Assembly: GCF_024521635.1 (NCBI RefSeq)
Contig: NW_026250418.1
Coordinates: 124,001-188,000 of the forward strand
Direction: 5' to 3'
Length of the DNA stretch: 64,000 nucleotides
DNA from: Tricharina praecox
Taxonomy: Eukaryota
In this document: piece after piece, positions 41,104 through 53,376 of the stretch
How the letters are laid out: the number at the start of each line of letters is the position of its first letter
Numbering within the stretch: position 1 is the first letter of the stretch
The notes under the pieces: model-generated
The model's database searches: none
What the model was told of the DNA's origin: nothing
Seen by the model: only the letters and a program-made list of their open reading frames with translations
Program-made: the position numbers and the translations under genes

Positions 41104-41939
41104 GGCGGCTGAGGCTTTGGGTGCTGGTATGTATCTGCGTGATGTGCGAGTGTGCGGCGTTTTGAAGCTGCTGCTGGAGCTACCCTACATACAACTTACA
41201 AGCTCGTGCAACGACAGGGACTACGTGCTGCCTGACTCATGTGATGGATGTGTCCAATAGGAACGATGGGCCCTTGCAAGGGCATTCGAAACTCATGTTT
41301 CTTTTTAATCCGCCCGCACACCAACTACTAGGTAGAGGGCAATCGGCACGGTTGTAGTAGAGTGCCCCTCCGAATCTCGCGATCTTATGTTCGATGCCTC
41401 GGGTCCTCGACCTCACAAGTCCGTGTCCTTGTTCGCTGAGGCCAACCGACACAAGAAGTGTGTCCGCAAAGCGGAGAAGGCGACAGGGAGGAACGGTCTC
41501 TGACGAGCAATCTCCAGGATGCAATAGTAGCAACGTACCTCTTCAATTATCCCGTTCATCTCTCAAGCATACAGTTCAGGCAAAAGATACATCATGCAAT
41601 TCAAGGCAAACAAAGCAAACTACCGAGAAACCCAAGCAATATCACCAGTACTGTCCATTCATGTATGGATGGACGTTACATAACCCATGCAGCTTTGGTA
41701 CCTATTGCCCCCCCTCCAACCGTGAGACAATCACATCAAATCCGAAGCACCCCCGCCACCGGCTTCGTGCAAGGATCACTACACACGGAACGGAATCCCA
41801 AAGGAAATCAAGTCGCAATATAAAGAAACAATACAGAAAGAAAAAAAAAGCACTAAACGCCCATGATATCAATTCCCCACCGATCAAAGGAACATCAAGG
41901 AAATGGAAAGAAAAGAAAAGAGTACGAAAAAGCCGCTTT

Positions 41940-44900
41940 TCAGGCGGTAACGGCGCCAAGGACCTTCTCGACCTCTCTGGCCAACACGTCTGGATTGGTC
42001 TGTAACGAAGGGTTGTCGAGAAGCAGCTTATCAATCGCACGTGCCTGTATCTCGCTCAGCCTCGGAATGATCTGGATCAACTCGCGAGTCATGGCGTGAG
42101 TGGGGACGTAGGTCGTGGGCTGCAGCGGTGGAGGAGGAGGATACTGCTGTAATGGCGGTAGATTCATGGGCTGCTGTGGGGGGTAACCATACTGTACTTG
42201 CATGTTTGAGTGCTGATTGTTGGCGTAGTGTGGATGCATCTGCGGAGGAGCAGCTGTTGCCGGCGAGAACGCTTGGTGGGTTGGCTGCGGGCGGTGGGTC
42301 ATGTTTCCAGATGGGAATGGCGAGGGCATTGGCTGCTGGGGGGTGGCGAACTGCGGGGCGCTTGGAGTACTCGGCATCGAGAAGCTGCCGCGTGCCTGGC
42401 CATTCTCAACATAACCCGGAACGAGCCCCCTGATAACCACGCAGGCGAGCACCACCATCTTGGAACTCCTGTTCTCCGGAATCTTGCATTGGGGATCGAC
42501 AACGCCGAACCAGTCTGGTAGCGGCTCACCGACGTCCAAGGGAATGACATACAGGTCCTTCATCCACTTTTCGCCGCGCTTGCTGACCACTCCATATCGC
42601 TGCTTAAGACTGAAATATTCGAATAGTTTATCGAATGACGTCTGGCTGGCCAAGTGCTCCGGCTTGAGGGAAGCGAGAATCATTGTGCTTGACTTCGAGA
42701 ACCTCTGCCCGCACAGGTACTCGGTCGCGCGTGCGTGCTTAATCCTGCCGTCGATGTCAATGACGGGAGCCAGTAGCTCAAGCCATGGCATGTCTCCAAT
42801 GCGTTCCGGTCCACCTATCAAAGATGCTGTGGCATTGAACTTTCCGATGAAGCTCATCTCTATCAGCCCACGCCACACAGTATTATCGTCTAGATCCGGT
42901 TTCGGCGAATAAGGATCGTTATAGCTGTGGGGAGAGTACGGTGGTGTTCCGGCATCATCATCCCTCAACATATTGTCGATATCCTTATCGATCTTACTGT
43001 CGGTAGGCGTGATGCGCTGCAGCATCTGAGCTGGCGGTGGGCGCGTCGGTCTCCTCTCTGTATCCGGCGACTCGACATGGCTCCAGACAGTCTCAATATT
43101 GAACGACCGGTTATCCTTCTTCTTTTTGTCTTTCTCGGCCGTAGGTCCTTCAACTGGTAATGTTTGACTCGGGGAACGCGGCGTTTCCGAAGTACCAGGG
43201 GGAGGGCTGATGGAAGCATCAGCAGGTTGCTTTGGAGACTGGGACCCCATGGGCGTATCGGACCCTGCGGGAGGAGCAGGCGTTAGATCGTCGATGGGCT
43301 CCGGGCGCTGGGAAACAACAGCACCGGTGTCGAGAAGAGTGTCTTGACCGGACTGGGCGGGCATTTCCTCGTTCACAAGCTCCTCGCCTTTATGAGTCCT
43401 TCTGATCCTGGGGCCCGTCTCGTTGATCAGCGTATTATGCTTCTCAGACTCCATGCGGACCTGTTGGGTCAGATCCTTCAATTCCTGAGATGCCATCTCT
43501 TCTGTCGTCATGTGCGCCAGCCTCTCACAACTGAGCCTTCCTCCCAGAATTTCGTCGCTCAGAGCAGCATTGCTCTTGAGGTTGGATGAGATAGTCCTTG
43601 CCCGCTTGGAATACTCGCCAGGGAGTGTGCCGTCTGTGTTGTGGTTCAAGTAAACATGGTGCTCAATCTGGAGTGCTCGGTTTTCGCACAACGAGTCGAC
43701 GGTTGATTCTGGCTGTAACGTAATCTTCTTGTCGTCGACCAAGCGTTTCGCATGCTCCGACATGCACGTTTTCATATACATCACGACTTTCTGGCGGTGA
43801 GAATTCCGTAGGTCCTCAATCTTCTCGACAAGCTCCGTCTGTGGCGTGTAGTCCAATTTTGATGCTGGGGATGACCTGACCGCGGCCGAAGAGGACTTTC
43901 TCCGGTCTGCCGGGTGGGGCGTCTTTGGCGTGGTCACTTCAGGTGAATGGGCGACTATCGATCCCCGACGCTGCTTCTTCTCGACGGGCTGTTCCATGGC
44001 ATGTTAGCTCCTGGTTAACTGAATTAGTGAGCCGGAGTGCAGCTTGCTTACCTTATCATCGTCTCCTTTGTATTCACTGTCCGAATCGGCGCTTGATTTG
44101 CGCTTCGCCGATTTGGGTGTCTTTGGGGTCATGACAGTGTCGCTTCCATCCTTTTTGTTCTTGGGTCTTTGTGCTGCGGTATCGGTGACAATGTGGGGCA
44201 GCGACTTGTTGGGTTTTGCTTCTACAAACGTATGAGGGGGTAGTGGTGGAGCAGGTGGAGGGGGCATGTCTTCCGCCGGGATAGTGGCATCACGGTCTGT
44301 ACGGTCAAGCGCCTCCTCCGACGATTCTACGACAGGAACTTCAGATTCCGGTTCATCGATGTCCATCTTATCGTCATTGACCGGTTTCACATCTTCCATT
44401 GGGACATCTTCGCCATTTTTCTTCCTTGACTTCTCCTTACTCACTGATGCCTCCACATCCTGCACCACTTCATCCTCAACCGACTCAGCCGTTGGCGGAG
44501 AGGCCGAGGCTGGAGCAGCTTTCTCGGAAATTGCAGCAGTTCTAGGCGTTGCTGGTGGAGCAGTGACTTTAGGGGTTTCCGTAGCAGCCTTGTTGCTCGC
44601 CGTGCGAGAGCGTGACGTGGTTCTTGGAGTCGTCGTCGTTGTCGGAGGAGGCGGAGGCGGAGCGGGAGCTACAGGTGCGGCTTTTGACTTTTCGGTCGTC
44701 GTAGATGCTCCTCTCTTGCCACGCGCAGGAGTGGCTTCTTTCAGTTTCGGGGTGACCTCTTTTTGTTTTGGTGCTGCTTCTTTGGTTGCTTCTTTCTGCT
44801 TGGGAGTCGTTTCCTTCGGTTTCACCGGAGTAGCAGCGGCTTCCTTCTGCTTCGCCGGCGCTCTTTTCCTCATACCACCCTTCTTCTCCCACGGCTTCTC

Positions 44901-45401
44901 GCCCAGCGCCATCTGCTCAAGCAGAAATTCATGCCGATCAGGGCTACAAACCTCACAGAAGTATTGCTTAGGTATTTTTTTCTTCGGAATTCCCATACAC
45001 TGGGTATGTTGCCACGCGTCGCAGCCCTCACACTGAATCATCATGCGATCGTCGTCCTCGTCCTCCTCGCTAGCGCCACACACGCATCGGATGATGTCGT
45101 CTGGCTTTCCCTCCACATCACCATCTTCTCTGCTCGGCGACTCGGACGCGGATGTGGAGTTTTTCGGCGTGGATTTCCGGCGTTTTGCAGGTGTCGGCGA
45201 CGCGGTCTCGAGTACGTTGATTTCTGAGAGGCGGCTGTTGACACCCTTCGTGGAGCGCGCGCTGCGTCGCGGGTCTGGTGGTTCCGAGATAATGTCAGCT
45301 TTTCTCCGGATCGGCGGCGGTGAACAAAGCGCGTGAGCGCTAAAGGGCATAGAGGAGTAGAAGTGAGGGTACAGAGGAGGGATTGTGGGCTTACCAGTCA
45401 T
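41940..45401 (-). CDS. BYE1: Transcription factor Bye1 (PHD finger + TFIIS central domain + SPOC); exons 45401-45395, 45274-44052, 43988-41940; ~1092 aa
   Basis: MTDPRRSARSTKG start; PHD IRCVCG...MIQCEGCDAWQHTQCMG...YFCEVC; TFIIS-M EYSKRARTISSNLKSN...LAHMTTEEMAS; RIRRTHKGEELV; SPOC VWRGLIEM...IDGRIK...KQRYGVV...KDLYVIPL. Confidence 0.92.
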
Positions 45402-46276
45402 GGTGGTTGTCTGGACGAACTGCTTCAATGCTTCCGACGATGTCCGACTGCGCAGATGATGTGATTTCGCGCGAAAGAAAGGCAGGTGGATGCTGCTTCT
45501 CTTTCACGCACAGAAGGGTATATCTAAGTCAAGCAAGCTATCCGTCGTCGGTTCGGTGTGCCGGGCTGCGCTCGGTGGTGGTGATAGTGGAGGGTGGGGA
45601 CAAGATTTTTTTTTACGTGTGCTCTGTGACCGAAGGAGGTGATAGTGATGGAGGGAGGTGCGTAGTAAAGAGGGTCTTGAATCACGGGAACGAAAAGGAA
45701 AACCCAATGCAGTCAGGCCCAGCCGTTTTTTTTTTCTCGAGATCCCTCTCGACAAAAGAATGGCAACGGGTACCAACCAGATGAAGGCTGAACACTGTTC
45801 TCCTGATCTCTCTCTCTTTTCTTTCTTCTTTCTTCTCTCTTCCGCTTTCCAAAACGGTTTCACCCTGCCTTCTCCAACTCGTCTGCCTGCGCCAAGAATG
45901 ATGACGATACTCACTTCACCGTTGATGGTAGAGTCCTCAATTCACGCCAAGCCAGCAAAGCGAGAAGCAACAGAAGGAAAGAAGAGCAGAGGGTAGTTGA
46001 AAGAGAACCGCCCGATATGACTGGGGCGAGAGACTCCAAATAATCCCCCAAATGAGTCTTCCCCTTTGTTTCTAATGAAGAAACCGAAAGACGAGTGCGA
46101 GTTCAGCGTCGCTAGCTCACGTGGTTTCTGGAGGTGGTAGTTATCGCGTGTGAAAACCTGATACTGTTTGGCGGTGTGGGTTCGGCAGCGACAGGTGTTG
46201 TGGACGGTGGGTGGGTGGGTTGAGTGCGTCGCGGGCGGCGGGTGCTTTGTTCGTTCCGAGAAAGAAGCGAAGAAGG

Positions 46277-46322
46277 AAAGACTTCGATGGGCAAAGACTT
46301 CGATGGGCAAAGACTTCGATGG
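46277..46322 (+). repeat. 16-bp tandem repeat AAAGACTTCGATGGGC x~2.9 upstream of BYE1
   Basis: Read directly. Confidence 0.9.
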
Positions 46323-46559
46323 ACAAGCTCCCGCTCAGTCTCAGAATTTCCCAACGAACGTGTACACGTCATACTCGCCAACAGCAGTTAGTTGCATATG
46401 ACCAAGCACGCAGCCTGACGCCAAGCTGTCACACCTTCGCTTCGCTCTGAGGATCCCAGATTCACGGATTGACTACTTGCAACCTCAACCGAGCGTCATG
46501 GACAGGCACTCGGGCCTTGACTCTGAATTCTCGGCTTGTGGGGATCCGACCGATATGAG

Positions 46560-46955
46560 CTGAAGACAGGACACTGCCTCACGGGCCAGTACCTACAGTG
46601 AACGAAGAGCCGCCCCGACGCCCGCTGCGGATGGTGCTGCTACAAGACCCAGACCCAGAAGCACCTCTTCAAATGTTGCCTCGAATGGAAGAGCTAGCAG
46701 AAGATACTGTGGACAGAGGTCCGGAAGGAGACGGGGAGGGGCAAGGATCGCTTCAAGATCCGAGACCTCTTCGCAGACGAGCTATGCAGCCAGGCTATCC
46801 TAGACTTCCTCTCCTCTACTGATGTGGGCAGGCGGATCCCAGAGGCCGCTGAGGAAGATGTAGCAAGTGAGGTGTCCGAGTGGGATCTCAGGGAGCGGGA
46901 AGAGAGGGAGGCTAAGTTGAGGCGAGAGGAGGAACAGGGTGTTGAGGCTGATTAG
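46560..46955 (+). mobile_element. Degenerate 3' fragment of a non-LTR retrotransposon (LINE, Tad1/I-like) ORF2
   Basis: One frame reads LKTGHCLTGQYLQ*TKSRPDARCGWCCYKTQTQKHLFKCCLEWKS*QKILW...DLFADELCSQAILDFLSSTDVGR, i.e. the C-terminal TGH...CxxC...H...C zinc-knuckle region of fungal LINE ORF2, with two internal stops. Confidence 0.75.
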
Positions 46956-49694
46956 CCGGGGTCACTCGTACCATTATAATTGGAGGTGGATGGCGGAGTA
47001 CATCTTCACGTCTTGACTTTCGTGCCGGAGTGCGTTGCTTCGACAGTCTCGCGTAGATTGAGATTGCGCTTGTCGTTTATATCCTCCCGTTCGAGGATTG
47101 TGGACCATTGTCCTAGCTCGAGGCGTGGGGCCATTAGAGGAGTTTGCGTAGGTTCGCTCATTTGATGTAGGGATATGTTGCTCGCCATGCGCTTTGCCGG
47201 GAGAAAACCGATTCAGTAGGACGTCAGATTGGTATCTATCTGCTAGCTAGCGAGCAGTTGGTGTGTAGTTTATTGATTCCATCATGAGATTGCCGATTCA
47301 AAAGTCGATTGTGACCCCGATGGTCACGGTCAGAATGCGGAGTTCGAAACGATATTAAACTCCGCTTCTGGGTCGTATCCCGTTGCCTTAGTTGTATTTG
47401 CCTATAGTGCCTCTATGGCGCCACTGAGCCCTCGATTACCATGAACACGATGCACGGACATAGTATTGGCGATATAGAACTCCAGTGTATACCCCAAGGC
47501 CATCCTCCACGGTTGAGATTTGGTGAATTTATGGCTGCCTGTAGTGGGAAATCTATTCTTCTTTTTATAGTTCGTGCCTTCATTTGGGCTGCACTGGAAT
47601 TGATTCCATTGCGAACATCTATAGTCGAGTTTGTAATGGTGGCCCCATCGTCGGGAGTAGTTACGGTCTCAACAGGCTTGCCAATCAGTAGGAATTTCAA
47701 AAATCGATGTTCTTGATAGGGGGCTTAAAAGTGTGCGGGTAGGTGTCTTCCTATTATCCTTGATAGTACCGTCTATAACGCTAGATTCGACGTGTATAAC
47801 AGTAGTGACCCCACCTTCGGTACTCGAGCCATTGTTGTTTTTGGGGGGTCAAACTTTGTAGCCCGACTACTATATGGGAAGGGGTCGCGAGATCTCAGGC
47901 CCAGGTTCCTCAGATCAATTTGCCCATAGCAACGGATACTAAATCTTCTAAAAGCATTTGATTCCGTCGATACCACCTGCCCCTCAATCATCTGTGTCTC
48001 CGTCTAAAACCCGCTAAGTTGTCATAATTTGCCGCTGAGAATTGTTGTTGTCGGATAGTCTGCAGATTCTCGGAGAACTTATAGTTACCAGTGCTGGAAG
48101 CCGGCAGCTCGGTCAACGTGATTTTTAAACTGGGCCTGTCAATGTTGTTTGTATGTAGATTAGTGAAGCTTCTCACGAAAGGTTATCGAGATATTTAACT
48201 TCGTTTCAAACCTTCAAGCGTTTGGTGTGATCGTCGGTTAGGTTCTCCACTCCCTTCACTCATCTAATAGGCAAACTACATACGGTCTCGCAGCGGGATA
48301 GTAGTACAGGTATAGAACAGGGCAAACATGCAATGATGAGATACCTAATTACACTACCAATCACCGAAATCACTCGATGCCTCTTCGGATATCCGTACAT
48401 TGTAACGAGTTTAGCCAGAATCGCGGAAGTTCGAAAAGCGGAATTCCAGATCCAGATAGCTCTTCGTGAACGAAAAGGAACTTCCTAAGGAGCACGAACT
48501 TCATCGGGTGAACCATATCCAGGGAAGACAGTGGGGAGGGGGGGGGGGGCGAGACGTGTAGAGTAAAGGATTAGGAACAGAATATAGTATTTACGGCTTC
48601 CTGCTGCCATTTCTTTTGTAAGTAATCTCCTTTATTACTTCTAAACTGGCAGATGGTGGGGATGAGATAAATAGCCCCACCACTAGCCAAGTTCAACAAC
48701 TAGGAGTGACTCCGAGTGAGGGTTGGATGTGTTATTATTAGGTACCGGGAAACGTGACAGAAGGAGGGGGCAAATTAAAAAGGATTGGTTTCTGTTAGAA
48801 AGGAAGTACAAGAAATAACAAGTAGCCAAAAGACCCGTTCCAGCCAAATAATGAGGTCCGCCCCTCTATGTACAGTAGTATTGATATACCTATCACTCGG
48901 TTCCTTCTGCCTCGTCGGCAAGCAAACACCAACCCGCATTCTGCCGTGATCTACTAAGGTCGAATTTAATGATGATTCAACAAAAAATACACCAACCCAT
49001 AAGATCCGTCACATGTCCCCGCTAAGTGCTATCCCGACTTCCTTCCCCAATAAACACCCATACCATTCCCACTTGAATTTCCTCTCATACATAATCCTCA
49101 CTCCTTTCAAAACCTTCCAAGCCTCCCCCTTCACGCCTCCCCCCCATTTCCAGAATTTCGTCATTTCCTCCCGTCGTTTCCCAACCTTTCGTCCCATCCT
49201 CCGTTCCCAGTCTTGCCGCCGCTCCCTCAATCCCACCGTTCCCTTCTTTCCCCGCCCTTCTTTGCAGTCTCATCGCCTTCCCTCCCTTCCCCCCAACTCC
49301 CAATACCTCCTCGGCCGTCCCTCCCTTGACCCCATTCCCACAGAAATATGGTGCCGGTGCTGTATACCATAAGAGATTTTCCAGCAGAACAAGAAAAAGG
49401 CCCATTTCCGCGGCCAGCATGCCCCATGCACCACCGCCACCACCGCCACATTCGCCAGGATTCGTATATATGTGCGCACACAAAAAAAAGGTCCGCCGTC
49501 AATCGTGCAATCATCAAGTCGTAAGTTCGTCCGCAGAGGTTCCACCCGAGGCGTCTGAAGTATAAGGGTGCAAGAAGAAATTTGCTTGTAAAACATTACA
49601 AGATCCTTAATAGTAAAAGAACAGCACAAACTAGCGACAGGATAGTTTGTGCCTGTTGCAAGCGTCATACGTCAGGGCATGAGATCGCTGGCGT

Positions 49695-52600
49695 TTATGC
49701 CACGTTTTTCAGACCTAGAGGATTAGCACCCCTCTCTAGGAGCAGCCTGACTGTAGCCTCGTGGTGCCTCACGGTTGCCAAATACAAGGCCGTCCTCTCA
49801 TACTCGTTGTCCTTGGCCTCGATACTGGCACCCCTATCCAGAAGCAGCCTGACTGTAGCCTCATGGCCCGCCTTGGCCGCCAAATGCAAGGCCTTCTCTG
49901 AGTGCAAGTTGCTCCAGGCAATTCAGCTAGTGCCTCTATCCAGGAGCACCCTAACGGTGGCCTCGTGACCCTTCTCGGCCGCCAAATACAAAGCTATCCC
50001 ATCATAAGCACCTCTGCTAAGGAGTAGATGAACTGTGCGATCATGTCCCGCGCTGGCTGCTATGTGGAGGGCAGTCGCTCCAAACTTGGTCTTGGCTTCG
50101 ATATCGGCCCCACAGTCGAGATGCTTGCTGGTGTCGTTGGTGTCCCCTCTGCTAGCTGCTAGAAACAGCGCTGTCTCCCGAATATCCCATATGGCCGGTA
50201 TCAGGGTACCCTTATCGAGTAACAGCCGGAAAATGGCGTCGTCTCCCCGGTGCGCTGCTTGGTATATTATATTTGAGATTATATAGCCATTATCCACGCT
50301 GTCGTCCATTTTTGCACCGTTATTGAGGAGTAGACTGACGATAGTATCGTGTCCCCCGCTGGCTGCAAGATGCAGCGCTGTCCAACCGTTCTGTCCCGGA
50401 GTATCAACCTTGGATTCCCTGCTAAGCAACAGAGTGACTAACTCCCGGCAACCTTTCATCGCTACATAGTGTAGCGGTGTATTACCATCCATGTCCGTCG
50501 TGTGTAAATCTGCGCCTCCGTCCGATAGTGAACTCAACGCTCTCCGTGAGTCTCTCCAAATCATCCAGTACAATAGCGTACGCCGCTCCTTTCCCTCATT
50601 GGAATCGAATCCTTTTCTCGTGTTTCAAATTGTTCTTATGACTTCTGGCGATCCGTACTTCAATGATGATTCGAGTGATTTCTTACCGCGGTTGTCCCGG
50701 TCCTTGGCACCATTGAAGATGAGAAGAGCCACCGCAGTCCCCTGATGACAATGAAGTGCAAGGTCCAGAGGAGACTTGTCGTCTTCATCTCGGGCGTCAA
50801 TAACATCTTTGAACTGAACGCCCCGCAAAAGGGCACGGATGACAGATGTATGCCCTCGCATAGAAGCGTAGTGTAACGAAGTTCTACCGAGATTTTCGCG
50901 AATATTTAGCTCGGCCCCTTCCTTCAGCAAGACCGTCACTGTAGTCGCATAGCCTGCTCTAGACGCCAAACCAAACGGGGTTCTTCCGAAAGAGTCAGTT
51001 GTATTGATGATATTCGATAAAATATTCCGGAACCGTACCACCGACAGAAGTTCTCCATTGGATGCTGCGTGGTGCAAATCAAAATCTTTCGGAATCGAAA
51101 TCGAGTCGCCGTCTGGGTTCGCCGTTGTAGTCGGGCCTTCTCCTAGTCTCAAGCTACTGAATTCCACCCATCTTTTCAATCTCCCCTGCCACACCTTTGA
51201 GTTCCCTTCTTCGCCCAAAACCTCGCGCACTGTATCCAGCGAGATATGGCTGTCGGATGGCGCGTCGTCGAACATGGAATTAACCCAACATCTCTCGCAG
51301 AACAACCGCATAGCTTCTTCAGCCATACTGACGTAATCTTCACCGTCTGTGATGTGATCGTATGTGTTGCAAAGGTGGATATAAACTTTGAAGGCAAGGT
51401 CCCAATCTCCTTGGCCTCATGAGTGCCAGCGGATGTTTCTGCAAGGTGAAAAAGCCATAAAAGAAGCGGTTCAGCTAACTCCGCCTGACCTCCCGCAAGA
51501 TAGTTCGTTGTCTCTTTTTCTGTGTCTGAAAACACCGCTCTATTGCTACTGCCAGCTTGAGGTAACTTTTCTGAGGCTTCGAGATGGGGGATGATACATA
51601 AAAGGGCATCCTCGACGGACGCCAACCCGGTCCGTTCAATCTTTTCCGCGAGCTCATCCAGAACTGAGCTTCTCAGACCAAATGATGCCAACACTCCCTG
51701 TTCACCACCTCGAACACGAACCCTGCCACCGATTGGCTGCAATAATTTCTGAGAAAAACCATACGAAAGCGGAAAGTATGATTTGACCACATATGTTTTC
51801 GAGGGGAGCGTCTGAAATGACCGCCAGAAATCCAGAGTCGGAGGATGAAGATCTAACATGTGATGGCTTGCCGATGAACACCAGATTCTCACCACTCGAA
51901 GTATTCCCAGTGATGTCGAGTCTGATAACTTCTGCTTCGCGTGCAACCCATTGTTTGTAAGCAGTATTCACCGCTAGACTGTCTCTTCCAATGATTCGGC
52001 AGCGCTTTCCTCCGGCCCTCCGACCCTCCAGGGTTTCGAAGTGCAACATCCACAGTCCAAGAACAGCTTGTATCTGGCTCTTGTCAACTTTCCAGGTGCT
52101 ATAGCCACGACCTTCGGATAGCTGCTTTCTTGAGATTTTCAACTTGACGGTTTGGAATCTCTTGGAGTAGGTAACGCAGTGGAAGCTCTAGGAAGCCCAA
52201 TTTCAGCATTAACTCCCACGCCGACAGCAATGCCAAGAATCCCAGTTGCCGGAACCCCGTCGGCGGTCATCCCGGGTGGTACTTTGGCAGGCGCCACTTC
52301 GACCATCAGCTCCCATTCGTATGATTCCGACAGCCTGGCGATCGTGACATCGGGGTTCATGCATAAGCCATTCATAGTGGCTTCTATGTCCTCCGCAGTA
52401 GCATCGGCTACCTTCTGCCATTGATAATCCCATTTCGATAGTGCGCCTAGGCGATATCTGGCGTCAAAGACTGTCTTCGCAAGTCGTCCTTTAGGAGGCA
52501 TGTCCGGGTTGGTGTCAAACCCCCAAGTAATCACACTCCAATAGCCGCACCCTGTCACACACACCTCCGACAACCACACTAACCTTCAAAAAATGCCAAG

Positions 52601-53322
52601 ACTATGCGTTGGCACACCAAATGCCCCGCTCACTTTGGCTTCAGGATTCATGTGGCGTGTGTGTCCACTCTTTCCGACCGCGGATTGAGTGCCCCGACCG
52701 ACGAATTCGACGACGATGAGCATGAAGCGATAGAGATCAATCGAGCCTCGGTCCCTGGCCGGAGAACTGCACCACCACGGGCGCTACGTCCGAACCTCTG
52801 AAGAAGTCTCACCATCGCTTCCCCGCACATCATCATCGATTTTATCACTCTAGGAGAGCCTGTTTAGCAGGCGATACGGCGACAGCGGGGAGGAGAGTGA
52901 ACTCCAGGGGGAGAGCTCAGGGCTTGGCCCAGGACAACGTCGACCATGACAACCGGCATTTTGCCAGTCCCGCCTTTGATCCAAATATCTTCGCTGCTAT
53001 TCATCGGGCCCGGCCTTGACAGCTACGCAAACCCCGAGACGACGATTCCTTTCGAGCAGCATGCCGTGTGCGCTAGACTGGTTATGTTGAGGGTAGTACC
53101 GAGTGGAGGTATCTTTTGGAGAAGAGGAGGGCTACGAAGCGCCGCTACAGCGCAAAACCGACAACCCGAGCCTCTTCGGAGGCTCACTTTCAAAATATTG
53201 CGAGACGAAGGGATTTGGCTTGTCATTTCTGTATGGATTCGGTGGTGCAATTTCTTGTCGAAATGTTGTATTGTAGATATCTCTATCGGCCATAACCTTC
53301 GGGTTCCATGCTGTATGAACAG

Positions 53323-53376
<54 letters not shown>

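Noticed and set aside
44266..45036. Antisense ORFs over BYE1, creD and creC
   Set aside because: Shadow frames of real genes
46960..48260. Short minus-strand ORFs with an intron-like signal near 48135-48211
   Set aside because: Possibly a decayed gene, but no recognisable family and no consistent frame
49325..49430. CxxC...H...H-like stretch (IWCRCCIP*EIFQQNKKKAHFRGQH)
   Set aside because: Contains a stop and has no supporting context; too short to call
52798..52815. CTGAAGA hammerhead-core-like motif in the retroposon
   Set aside because: No adjacent stem II followed by GAAA and no cleavage-site helix
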